Assembly (NCBI GenBank): GCA_030390025.1
Contig: JASTWF010000331.1
Location: forward strand, 310,001-374,000
Length of the DNA stretch: 64,000 nt
From: Squalus acanthias
Lineage: Eukaryota
Direction of reading: 5' to 3'
Below are positions 49,938 through 61,300 of this stretch, piece by piece. Position 1 is the stretch's first letter; each line of letters opens with the position of its first letter. The translations under genes and the position numbers were made by a program. The notes under the pieces were generated by a model. That model did no database searches and was not told the DNA's origin. It worked only from the letters and a program-made list of their open reading frames with translations.

Positions 49938-52767
49938 AAGAACATAAGAAATAGGAGCAGGAGTAGGCCAATCGGCCCCTCGAGCCTGCTCCGCCATTCA
50001 ATAAGATCATGGCTGATCTGATCCTAACCGCCAATCTACTATCTATCACAGAACCATCTCCTGCATCTAACAGAATTGCACCCACGAAATAGGAGCAGAA
50101 TCAGGCTACACGGTCCCTGGGCCCGCTCCACTACCCACAGGGCCATGACCGATCCGAACCTAGACTCATGTCCAAATTCCTGCCCGCTCCCCGTAACCCT
50201 TAATGCCCTTTACTTCTAGGAAACTGTCTATTTCTGTTTTAAATTTAATTAATGTTGTAGCTTCTACAGCTTTTTGTGGCAGCATATTCCATGGACCTAC
50301 CACCCTCTGAGTGAAGTAGTTCCTCCTCATCTCAGTTTTGAAAGAGCAGCCCCTTATTCTAAGACTATGTCCCCTAGTTCTAGTCTCACCTGTCATCGGG
50401 AACATCCTCCCCGCATCCACCCGATCCAACCCCTTCACAATCTTATATGTTTCAATAAGATCGCCTCTCATTCTTCTGAACTCCAATGAGTAGAGTCCCA
50501 ATCTACCCAACCTCTCCTCATATGACCACCCCCTCATCCCCGGGATTAACCGAGTGAACCTTTTTTGCACTGCCTCGAGAGCAAGGATGTCTTTCCTTAA
50601 GTAAGGACACCAAAACTGTATGCAGTATTCCAGGTGCGGTCTCACCAATACCTTGTACAACTGAAGCAATACCTCCCTATTTTTATATTCTATCCCCCTA
50701 GCAATGAAAGCCAACATTCCATTTGCCTTCTTAATCACTTGCTGCACCTGCATACTAACCTTTTGAGTTTCGTGCACCAGGACCCCCAGATCCCTTTGCA
50801 CTTCAGTACTCTCCAGTTTCTTGCCATTAAGATAATAAATTGCTCTAGGATTTTTCCTGCCAAAGTGCATCACCTCACACTTTCCAGTGTTGTATTCCAT
50901 CTGCCAAATCTCTGCCCACTTACTTAACCTGTCTATGTCCCCTTGCAGGTTTTTTATATCCTCCTCACTCACTACTTTCCCTCCCATCTTTGTATCATCT
51001 GCAAATTTTGATATGTTACACTTGGTCCCTTCCTCCAAATCGTTAATATAGATTGTAAAGAGTTGGGGACCCAGCACTGACCCCTGTGGAACACCACTAG
51101 TTACTGATTGCCAGTCTGAGAATGAACCATTTATCCCAACTCTTTGCTTTCTGTTGGATAGCCAATCCTCTATCCATGCCAGAATATTACCCCCAATCCC
51201 GTGATTTTTTACCTTAAGCAATAATCTTTTGTGTGGCACCTTGTCAAATGCCTTTTGGAAGTCTAAATACACTACGTCCACTGGTTCCCCTTTATCCACT
51301 CTATATGTTACTTCCTCAAAGAACTCCAGCAAATTTGTCAAACATGACTTCCCCTTCGTAAAACCATGCTGACTTTGTCCTATTAAATTATGATTATCCA
51401 AATGTCCTGTTACTGTTTCCTTAATAATGGACTCCAAAATTTTACCTACCACAGATGTTAGGCTAACCGGTGTATAGTTACCAGCCTTCTGTCTACTGCC
51501 CTTTTTAAATAAGGGTGTTACATTAGCAGTTTTTCAGTCTGCCGGGACCTCAGCGGAATCCAGGGAGTTTTGAAAAATTATTACCAATGCATCTACAATC
51601 CCTACCGCCACTTCCTTCAAGACTCTAGGATGTAAGCCATCAGGTCCAGGTGCTTTATCCGCCTTGAGTCCCATTATTTTACCGAGTACCACTTCCTTAG
51701 TGATTTTGATCGTGTTTAGCTCCTCTCCCCCTATAGCCCCTGTTTGTCCAGTGTTGGGATATTCTTAGTGTCCTCTACTGTAAAGACTGATACAAAATAT
51801 TCATTCAGTGTTTTTGCCATCTCCATATTTCCCAACATTAATTTCCCGGTCTCATCCTCTAAGGGACCAACATTTACTTTAGCCACCCTTTTTCTTTTTA
51901 TATAACTATAAAAACTCTTACTATCTGTTTTTATATTTTTTGCTAATTTACTTTCATAATCTATCTTCCCTTTCTTAATCAATCTTTTTGTTATTTTTTG
52001 CTGCCTTTTAAAATTTTCCCAATCCTCTGTCCTCCCACTAGATTTCGCTACCTTATATGCCCTTGTTTTTAGTCGAATACTATCCTTAATTTCTTTACTT
52101 AGCCACGGATGACTGTCCTTTCTTTTACACCCTTTTCTTTTCAGTGGAATATATTTTTTTTGGAAGTTGTAAAATAACTCCTTGAATGTACACCACTGAT
52201 CATGTGTCGTCTTACCCTTTAATCTATTTTCCCAATCCACTCTACTCAATTCCGCTCGCATACCTTCATAGTCTCCTTTATTCAAGCTTAGCACGCTTGT
52301 TTGAGATCCAACCTTCTCACCCTCTAATTGAATATGGAATTCAACCATGTTATGGTCACTCATTCCAAGGGGATCCTTTACTCGGACATTTTTAATTAAT
52401 CCTGTCTCGTTACACAGGACCAGATCTAAGGTTGCTTGCCCCCTGGTCGGTTCAGTTACATACTGCTCAAGAAACCCATCCCTAATACACTCAATGAACT
52501 CATCCTCAAGGCAGCCCTGCCCCATTTGATTTGTCCAATTAATATGATAGTTAAAATCCCCCATAATTATAGATGTTCCCTTATTACATGCCTCAACTAT
52601 TTCCTGATTGATACTCCGTCCAACAGAGTTGCAACTGTTCGGAGGCCTATAGACTACGCCCACTAGTGTTTTTTTCCCCTTATTATTCCTTATCTCCACC
52701 CAAACTGTTTCATTATCATGATTTTTTGACCCAATATCATTACTCTGTATTACAGTGATTCCTTCCT
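49938..52767 (-). mobile_element. Young 5'-truncated CR1 LINE (most of ORF2)
   Basis: EN (YRPP, GDFN, SDH) and RT (DFQKAFD, QGSVLGP, FADD); 1-bp frameshift at about 51740 and TGA at 51536-51534; TTCTTATGTTCTT tail. Confidence 0.96.
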
Positions 52768-55700
52768 ACAGTGTATCAGGATCCTGCCAGGTGTGTATGT
52801 GGTTTCACAGTGTATCAGGATCCTGCCAGGTGTTTATGGGGTTTCACAGTGTATCAGGATCCTGCCAGGTGTGTATGGGGTTTCACAGTGCATCAGGATC
52901 CTGCCAGGTGTGTATGGGGTTACACAGTGTATCAGGATCCTGCCAGGTTTGTATGGGGTTTCACATTCTATCAGGATCCTGCCAGGTGTGTATGGGGTTT
53001 CACATTCTATCAGGATCCTGCCAGGTATGTATGGGGTTTCACAGTGTATCAGGAACCTGCCAGGTGTGTATGGGGTTACACAGTGTATCAGGATCCTGCC
53101 AAGTGTGTATGGGGTTTCACAGTGTATCAGGAACCTGCCAGGTGTGTTTGGGGTTTCACAGTGTATCAGGATCCTGCCAGGTGTGTATGGGGTTTCACAG
53201 AGTATCAGATCCTGCCATGTGTGTATGTGGTTTCACAGTGTATCAGGATCCTGCCAGCTGTGTATGGGGTTTCACAGTGTATCAGATCCTGCCAGGTGTC
53301 TATGTGGTTTCACAGTTTATCAGAATCCTGCCAGGTGTGTATGGGGTTTCACAGTGCAACAGGATCCTGCCAGGTGTGTATGGGGTTTCCCAGTGAATCA
53401 GGTTACGCCCAGGTGTTTATGGGATTTCACAGTGCATCAGGATCCTGCCAGGTGTGTATGGGGTTTCACAGTGCAACAGGATCCAACCAGGTGTGTATGG
53501 GGTTTCACAGTGAATCAGGTTCTAGCCAGTGGTGTATGGGCTTTCACAGTGTATCAGGATCCTGCTAGGTGTGTATGGGGTTTCACAGTGTATCAGGATC
53601 CTGCCAGTTCTGTATGGGGCTTCACAGTGTATCAGGATCTTGCCAGCTGTGTATGGGGTTAAACAATGGATCAGGATCTAGACAGGTGTGTATGAGGTTT
53701 CACAGTGTATCAGGATCCTGACCGGTGTGTAAGTCTTTTCACAGTGTATCATGTTCCTGCCAGGTGTGTATGGGGTTTCACAGTGTATCAGGATCCTGCC
53801 AAGTGTGTATGGGGTTTCACTGTGTATCAGGATCCTGCCAGGTGTGTGTGGGGTTACACAGAGTATCAAGATCCTGCCAGGTGTGTATGGGGTTTCACAG
53901 TGTATCAGGAACCTGCCAGGTGGGTTTGGGGTTACACAGTGTATCAAGATCCTGCCAGGTGTGTATGGGGTTTCACAGTGTAACAGGATCCTGCCAGGTT
54001 TGTATGGTGTTTCACAGTAGATCAGGAACCTGCCAGGTGTGTATGACTTTTCATAATGTATCAGGATCCTGCCAGGTTAGTTTGGGGTGACACAGTGTAT
54101 CAGGATCCTGCCAGGTGTGTATGTGGTTTCACAGTGTATCAGGATCCTGCCAGGTGTGTATGGGGGTTTAATAGTGTATCAGGATCCTGCCAGTTGTGTA
54201 TGGGTTTTCACAATGTATCAGGATCCTGCCAGGTGTGTATGGGGTTTCACAGTCTATCAGGATCCTGCCAGGTGTGTATGGTGTTTCACAGTGTATCAGG
54301 ATCCTGCCAGGTGTGTATGGGGTTTCACAGTGTGTCAGGATCCTGCCAGGTGTGTATAGGGATTCACAGTGTATCAGGATCCTGCCAGGTATGTATGGGT
54401 TTACACATTGTATCAGAAACCTGCCAGGTGTGTATGGGGTTTAACAGTGTATCAGAATCCTGCCAGGGGTGTATGTGTTTGCTCAGTGTATCAGGATCCT
54501 GCAAGGTGTGTATTGGGTTTCACAGTCTATCAGGATCCTGCCAGGTGTGTATGTGGTTTCACATTCTATCAGGATCCTGCCAGGTATGTATGGGGTTTCA
54601 CAGTGTATCAGGATCCTGCCAGGTGTGTATGGGGTTTCACAGTGCAACAGGATCCTGGCAGGTGTGTATGGGGTTTCACAGTGAATCAGGAACCTGCCAG
54701 GTGTGTATGGGGTTTCACAGTGTATCAGGATCCTGCCAGGTGTATATGGGGTTTCACAGTGTATGGGGTTTCACAGTGTATCAGGATCCTGCCAGGTGTG
54801 TATGGGGTTTCACAGTGTATCAGGATCCTGCCAGGTGTGTATGGGGTAACACAGTGTATCTGGATCCTGCCAGATGTGTATGGGGTTTCACAGTGTATCA
54901 GGATCCTGACAGGTGTGGATGGGGTTTCTCAGTGTATCGGGTTCCTGTCAGGTGTGTATGGGGTTTCAGTGTATCAGGATCCCGCCAGGTGTGTATGGGG
55001 TTTCACAGTGTATCAGGATCCTGCCAGGTGTGTATGGAGTTTCACAGTGTATCATGATCCTGCCAGGTGTGTATGGGGTTTCAGAATGTATCAGGATCCT
55101 GCCAGGTGTGTATGGGTTTTCACAATGTATCAGGATCCTGCCAGGTGAGTTTGGGGTTCCACAGTCTATCAGGATCCTGCCAGGTGTGTATGGGGTTACA
55201 CAGTGTATCAGGATCCTGCCAGGTTTGTATGGGGTTTCACATTCTATCAGGATCCTGCCAGGTGTGTATGGGGTTTCACATTCTATCAGGATCCTGCCAG
55301 GTATGTATGGGGTTTCACAGTTTATCAGGAACCTGCCAGGTGTGTATGGGGTTACACAGTGTATCAGGATCCTGCCAAGTGTGTATGGGGTTTCACAGTG
55401 TATCAGGAACCTGCCAGGTGTGTTTGGGGTTTCACAGTGTATCAGGATCCTGCCATGTGTGTATGGGGTTTCACAGAGTATCAGATCCTGCCATGTGTGT
55501 ATGTGGTTTCACAGTGTATCAGGATCCTGCCAGGTGTGTATGGGGTTTCACAGTGTATCAGATCCTGCCAGGTGTCTATGTGGTTTCACAGTGTATCAGA
55601 ATCCTGCCAGGTGTGTATGGGGTTTCACAGTGCAACAGGATCCTGCCAGGTGTGTATGGGGTTTCCCAGTGAATCAGGTTACGCCCAGGTGTTTATGGGA

Positions 55701-56199
55701 TTTCACAGTGCATCAGGATCCTGCCAGGTGTGTATGGGGTTTCACAGTGCAACAGGATCCAACCAGGTGTGTATGGGGTTTCACAGTGAATCAGGTTCTA
55801 GCCAGTGGTGTATGGGCTTTCACAGTGTATCAGGATCCTGCTAGGTGTGTATGGGGTTTCACAGTGTATCAGGATCCTGCCAGTTCTGTATGGGGCTTCA
55901 CAGTGTATCAGGATCTTGCCAGGTGTGTATGGGGTTAAACAATGTATCAGGATCTAGACAGGTGTGTATGAGGTTTCACAGTGTATCAGGATCCTGACCG
56001 GTGTGTAAGTCTTTTCACAGTGTATCATGTTCCTGCCAGGTGTGTATGGGGTTTCACAGTGTATCAGGATCCTGCCAAGTGTGTATGGGGTTTCACTGTG
56101 TATCAGGATCCTGATGCGGAGATGCCGGTGTTGGACTGGGGTGGACAAACTTGAGAGGTCGCACAACACCAGGTTATAGTCCAACAGTTTTATTTGAAA

Positions 56200-56237
56200 T
56201 CACCAGCTTTCGGAGCTATCGCTCCTTCCTCAGGTGA
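56200..56237 (-). ncRNA. Hammerhead copy with G at the cleavage-site position (predicted inactive)
   Basis: Reverse complement of 58301-58338 except for C56204. Confidence 0.7.
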
Positions 56238-56497
56238 AGTAAATTGGATACAGAATCGCCAGAGCATATATAGATGGAAAACAAAGCATGTGTACTTTAC
56301 AATTGCAGACCAATAAATTAAATCATCCTGACTATCTGCCGAGGTGTGATAAAGTTAATTAAGTCAGCCAGGAAGGTACCACATCAAAAGATATAGCAAG
56401 ATACAACTGAGACAATGAGGTGTAGTCGCAGGGGTTCTAACGTGTCAAAAGCTGCCGTCTGTATGTAAAACGAAAAGCTTTAAAAAAAAAAATTTTA

Positions 56498-57967
56498 ATC
56501 GTACAGGGAACCCCCAGCTTCTGTCGCGACACTACAGACTTCTTACAGAAACTCAGCACCCACGGACCAGTTGAACCAGGAACACTCCTTGCCACGATGG
56601 ACGTATCGGCACTCTACACCAGTATCCCCCACGATGACGGCATCGCTGCAACAGCCTCAGTACTCAACATCAACAACAGCCAATCTCCAGACGCCATCCT
56701 ACAACTCATCCGCTTCATCCTTGACCACAATGTCTTCACCTTCGACAACCATTTTTTTACCCAAACACACGGAACAGCCATGGGGACCAAATTCGCACCC
56801 CAATACGCCAACATCTTCATGCACAAGTTCGAGCAAGACTTCTTCGCTGCACAGGACCTCCAGCCAACGCTGTACACCAGATACATCGACGACATTTTCT
56901 TCCTTTGGACCCATGGCGAAGGATCACTGAAAAGACTACACGATAACATAAACAAGTTCCATCCCACCATCAAACTCACCATGGACTACTCCTCAGAATC
57001 GGTTTCATTCTTGGACACACGAATCTCCATCAAAGACGGACGCCTCAGCACTTCACTCTACCGCAAGCCCACGGACAACCTCACGATGCTCCACTTCTCC
57101 AGCTTCCACCCTAACCATGTTAAAGAAGCCATCCCCTATGGACAAGCCCTGCGAATACACAGGATCTGCTCAGACGAGGAGGAACGCGATGGACACCTAC
57201 GGACGCTGAAAAACGCCTTCGTAAGAACGGGATATGACGCTCGACTCATCGATCGACAGTTCCGACGGGCCACAGCGAAAAATCGCATAGACCTCCTCAG
57301 AAGGCGAACACGGGACACAACCAACAGGGTACCCTACGTCGTCCAGTACTTCCCCGGAGCGGAGAAACTACGACATGTTCTTCGCAGCCTTCAACATGTC
57401 ATCGATGACGACAAACACCTCGCTAAGGCCATCCCCACGCCTCCACTACTTGCCTTCAAACAGCCGCCTAACCTCAGAAGTACCATAGTTCGCAGCAAAT
57501 TACCCAGCTTTCAGGATAACAGCGACCACGACACCACACAACCCTGCCATGGCAAACTCTGCAAGACATGCCAGATCATCAACACAGATACCACCATCAC
57601 ACGTGAGGACACTACCCACCAGGTACATGGTACATACTCATGTGACTCGTAAAACGTTGTCTACCTCATACGTTGCAGGAAAGAATGCACCGCGGCATGG
57701 TACATCGGCGAGACCATGCCGACACTGAGACAACGTATGAACGAGCACCGCGCAACAATCGCCAGGCAGGATTGTTACCTCCCAGTCGGGGAACACTTCA
57801 GCAGTCAAGGACATTCAGCCTCGGATCTGCGGGTAAGCGTTCTCCAAGGCAACCTTAGAAACACACGACAACGCAAAATCATCGAGCAGAAACTGATAGC
57901 CAAGTTCCGCACTCATGAAGACGGTCTCAATCGGGATCTTGGGTTTATGTCACGATACATGACGTGA
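56498..57967 (+). pseudogene. PLE RT + GIY-YIG ORF with one premature stop
   Basis: MDVSALYTSIPH, GTAMGT, RYIDD and CHGKLCKTC motifs; TAA at 57650-57652, then in-frame NVVYLIRC..WYIGET. Confidence 0.92.
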
Positions 57968-58300
57968 TCCGGACTCGAGTCGTCGTTAGCTTGTTCACAG
58001 ATGTGATTCCCAGTAAAAAAGTAAAAATTTTCCCAGTAAAAAAGTAATTTTTTTTTAAAGCTTTTCGTTTTACATACAGACGGCAGCTTTTGACACGTTA
58101 GAACCCCTGCGACTACACCTCATTGTCTCAGTTGTATATTGCTATATCTTTTGATGTGGTACCTTCCTGGCTGACTTAATTAACTTTATCACACCTCGGC
58201 AGATAGTCAGGATGATTTAATTTATTGGTCTGCAATTGTAAAGTACACATGCTTTGTTTTCCATCTATATATGCTCTGGCGATTCTGTATCCAATTTACT

Positions 58301-58338
58301 TCACCTGAGGAAGGAGCGATAGCTCCGAAAGCTTGTGA
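58301..58338 (+). ncRNA. Minimal type I hammerhead ribozyme
   Basis: TCAC-CTGAGGA-A-GGAGC-GATA-GCTCC-GAAA-GC-TT-GTGA. Confidence 0.82.
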
Positions 58339-61300
58339 TTTCAAATAAAACTGTTGGACTATAACCTGGTGTTGTGCGACCTCTCAAGTTTATCAGGATC
58401 CTGCCAGGTGTGTGTGGGGTTACACAGAGTATCAAGATCCTGCCAGGTGTGTATGGGGTTTCACAGTGTATCAGGAACCTGCCAGGTGGGTTTGGGGTTA
58501 CACAGAGTATTAAGATCCTGCCAGGTTTATATGGTGTTTCACAGTAGATCAGGAACCTGCCAGGTGTGTATGACTTTTCATAATGTATCAGGATCCTGCC
58601 AGGTTAGTTTGGGGTGACACAGTGTATCAGGATCCTGCCAGGTGTGTATGTGGTTTCACAGTGTATCAGGATCCTGCCAGGTGTGTATGGGGGTTTAATA
58701 GTGTATCAGGATACTGCCAGTTGTGTATGGGTTTTCACAATGTATCAGGATCCTGCCAGGTGTGTATGGGGTTTCACAGTCTATCAGGATCCTGCCAGGT
58801 GTGTATGGTGTTTCACAGTGTATCAGGATCCTGCCAGGTGTGTATGGGGTTTCACAGTGTATCAGGATCCTGCCAGGTATGTATGGGTTTACACATTGTA
58901 TCAGAAACCTGCCAGGTGTGTATTGGGTTTCACAGTCTATCAGGATCCTGCCAGGTGTGTATGTGGTTTCACATTCTATCAGGATCCTGCCAGGTATGTA
59001 TGGGGTTTCACAGTGTATCAGGATCCTGCCAGGTGTGTATGGGGTTTCACAGTGCAACAGGATCCTGGCAGGTGTGTATGGGGTTTCACAGTGAATCAGG
59101 AACCTGCCAGGTGTGTATGGGGTTTCACAGTGTATCAGGATCCTGCCAGGTGTGTATGGGGTTTCACAGTGTATGGGGTTTCACAGTGTATCAGGATCCT
59201 GCCAGGTGTGTATGGGGTTTCACAGTGTATCAGGATCCTGCCAGGTGTGTATGGGGTAACACAGTGTATCTGGATCCTGCCAGATGTGTATGGGGTTTCA
59301 CAATGTATCAGGATCCTGACAGGTGTGGATGGGGTTTCTCAGTGTATCGGGTTCCTGTCAGGTGTGTATGGGGTTTCAGTGTATCAGGATCCCGCCAGGT
59401 GTGTATGGGGTTTCACAGTGTATCAGGATCCTGCCAGGTGTGTATGGGGTTTCAGAATGTATCAGGATCCTGCCAGGTGTGTATGGGTTTTCACAATGTA
59501 TCAGGATCCTGCCAGGTGAGTTTGGGGTTCCACAGTCTATCAGGATCCTGCCAGGTGTGTATGGGTTTTCACAATGTATCAGGATCCTGCCAGGTGTGTA
59601 TGGGTTTTCACAATGTATCAGGATCCTGCCAGGTGAGTTTGGGGTTACACAGTGTATCAGGATCCTGCCAGGTGTGTATGGGGTTTCAGAATGTATCAGG
59701 ATCCTGCCAGGTGTGTATGGGTTTTCACAGTGTATCAGAATCCTGCCAGGTGAGTTTGGGGTTCCACAGTCTATCAGGATCCTGCCAGGTGTGTGTGGGG
59801 TTACACAGAGTATCAAGATCCTGCCAGGTGTGTATGGGGTTTCACAGTGTATCAGGAACCTGCCAGGTGTGTTTGGGGTTACACAGAGTATCAAGATCCT
59901 GCCAGGTGTGTATGGGGTTTCACAGTGTATCAGGATCCTGCCAGGTGTGTATGGTGTTTCACAGTAGATCAGGAACCTGCCAGGTGTGTATGGGTTTTCA
60001 TAATGTATCAGGATCCTGCCAGGTGAGTTTGGGGTTACACAGTGTATCAGGATCCTGCCAGGTGTGTATGTGGTTTCACAGTGTATCAGGATCCTGCCAG
60101 GTGTGTATGGGGGTTTCACAGTGTATCAGGATCCTGCCAGGTGTGTATGGGGTTTCACAGTGCATCAGGATCCTGCCAGGTGTGTGTGGTGTTTCACAGT
60201 GTATCAGGATCCAGCTAGCTGTGTATGGGTTTTCAGTGCATCAGGATCCTGTCAGGTGTGTATGGGGTTTCACAGTGTATCAGGATCCTGTCAGGTGTGT
60301 AAGGGGTTTCACAGTGTATCAGGATCCTGCCAGGTGTGTATGGGGTTTCACAGTGTATCAGGATCCTGCCAGGTGTGTATGGGGTTTCAGATTCTATCAG
60401 GATCCTGCCAGGTGTGTATGGGGTTTCACAGTCTATCAGGATCCTGCCAGGTGTGTATGGGGTTTCACAGTGTATCAGGAACCTGCCAGGTGTGTATGGG
60501 GTTACACAGTGTATCAGGATCCTGCCAGGTGTGTATGGGGTTTCACAGTGTATCAGGAACCTGCCAGGTGTGTTTGGGGTTTCACAGTGTATCTGATCCT
60601 GCCAGGTGTGTATGGGGTTTCACAGTGTATCAGGATCCTGCCATGTGTGTATGTGGTTTCACAGTGTATCAGGATCCTGCCAGGTGTGTATGGGGTTTCA
60701 CAGTGTATCAGATCCTGCCAGGTGTGTATGGGGTTTCACAGTGTAACAGGATCCAGCCAGGTGTGTATGGGGTTTCACAGTGTATCAGGATCTAGCCAGT
60801 GTGTATGGGCTTTCACAGTGTATCAGGATCCTGCCAGGTGTGTATGGGGTTTCACAGTGTATCAGGATCCTGCCAGGTGTGTATGGGGCTTCACAGTGTA
60901 TCAGGATCCTGCCAGGTGTGTATGGTGTTAAACAGTGTATCAGGATCTAGCCAGGTGTGTATGAGGTTTCACAGTGAATCAGGATCTCGCCAGGTGTGTA
61001 TGGGTTTCACAGTGTATCAGGATCCTGCCAGGTGTGTATGGGGTTTCACAGTGTATCAGGATCCTGCCAGGTGTGTATGGGTTTCACAGTGTATCAGGAT
61101 CCTGCCAGGTGTGTATGGGGTTTCACAGTGTATCAGGATCCTGCCAGGTGAGTTTGGGGTTCACAGTGTATCAGGATCCTGCCAGGTGTGTATGGGGTTT
61201 CACAGTGTATCAGGATCCTGCCAGGTGTGTATGGGGTTTCACAGTGTATCAGGATCCTGCCAGGTGTGTATGGGGTTTCACAGTGTATCAGGATCCTGCC

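Larger units (their letters stand above)
56114..58390 (+). mobile_element. Penelope-like element (Neptune-type, second family), 5'-truncated with inverted pLTR
   Basis: Inverted repeat about 56147-56494/58046-58391; TSD TATCAGGATCCTG at 56101-56113 and 58391-58403. Confidence 0.95.

Noticed and set aside
50166..52699. Possibly intact CR1 ORF2 broken only by a homopolymer sequencing error
   Set aside because: It also has an in-frame TGA (W to stop) and is 5'-truncated
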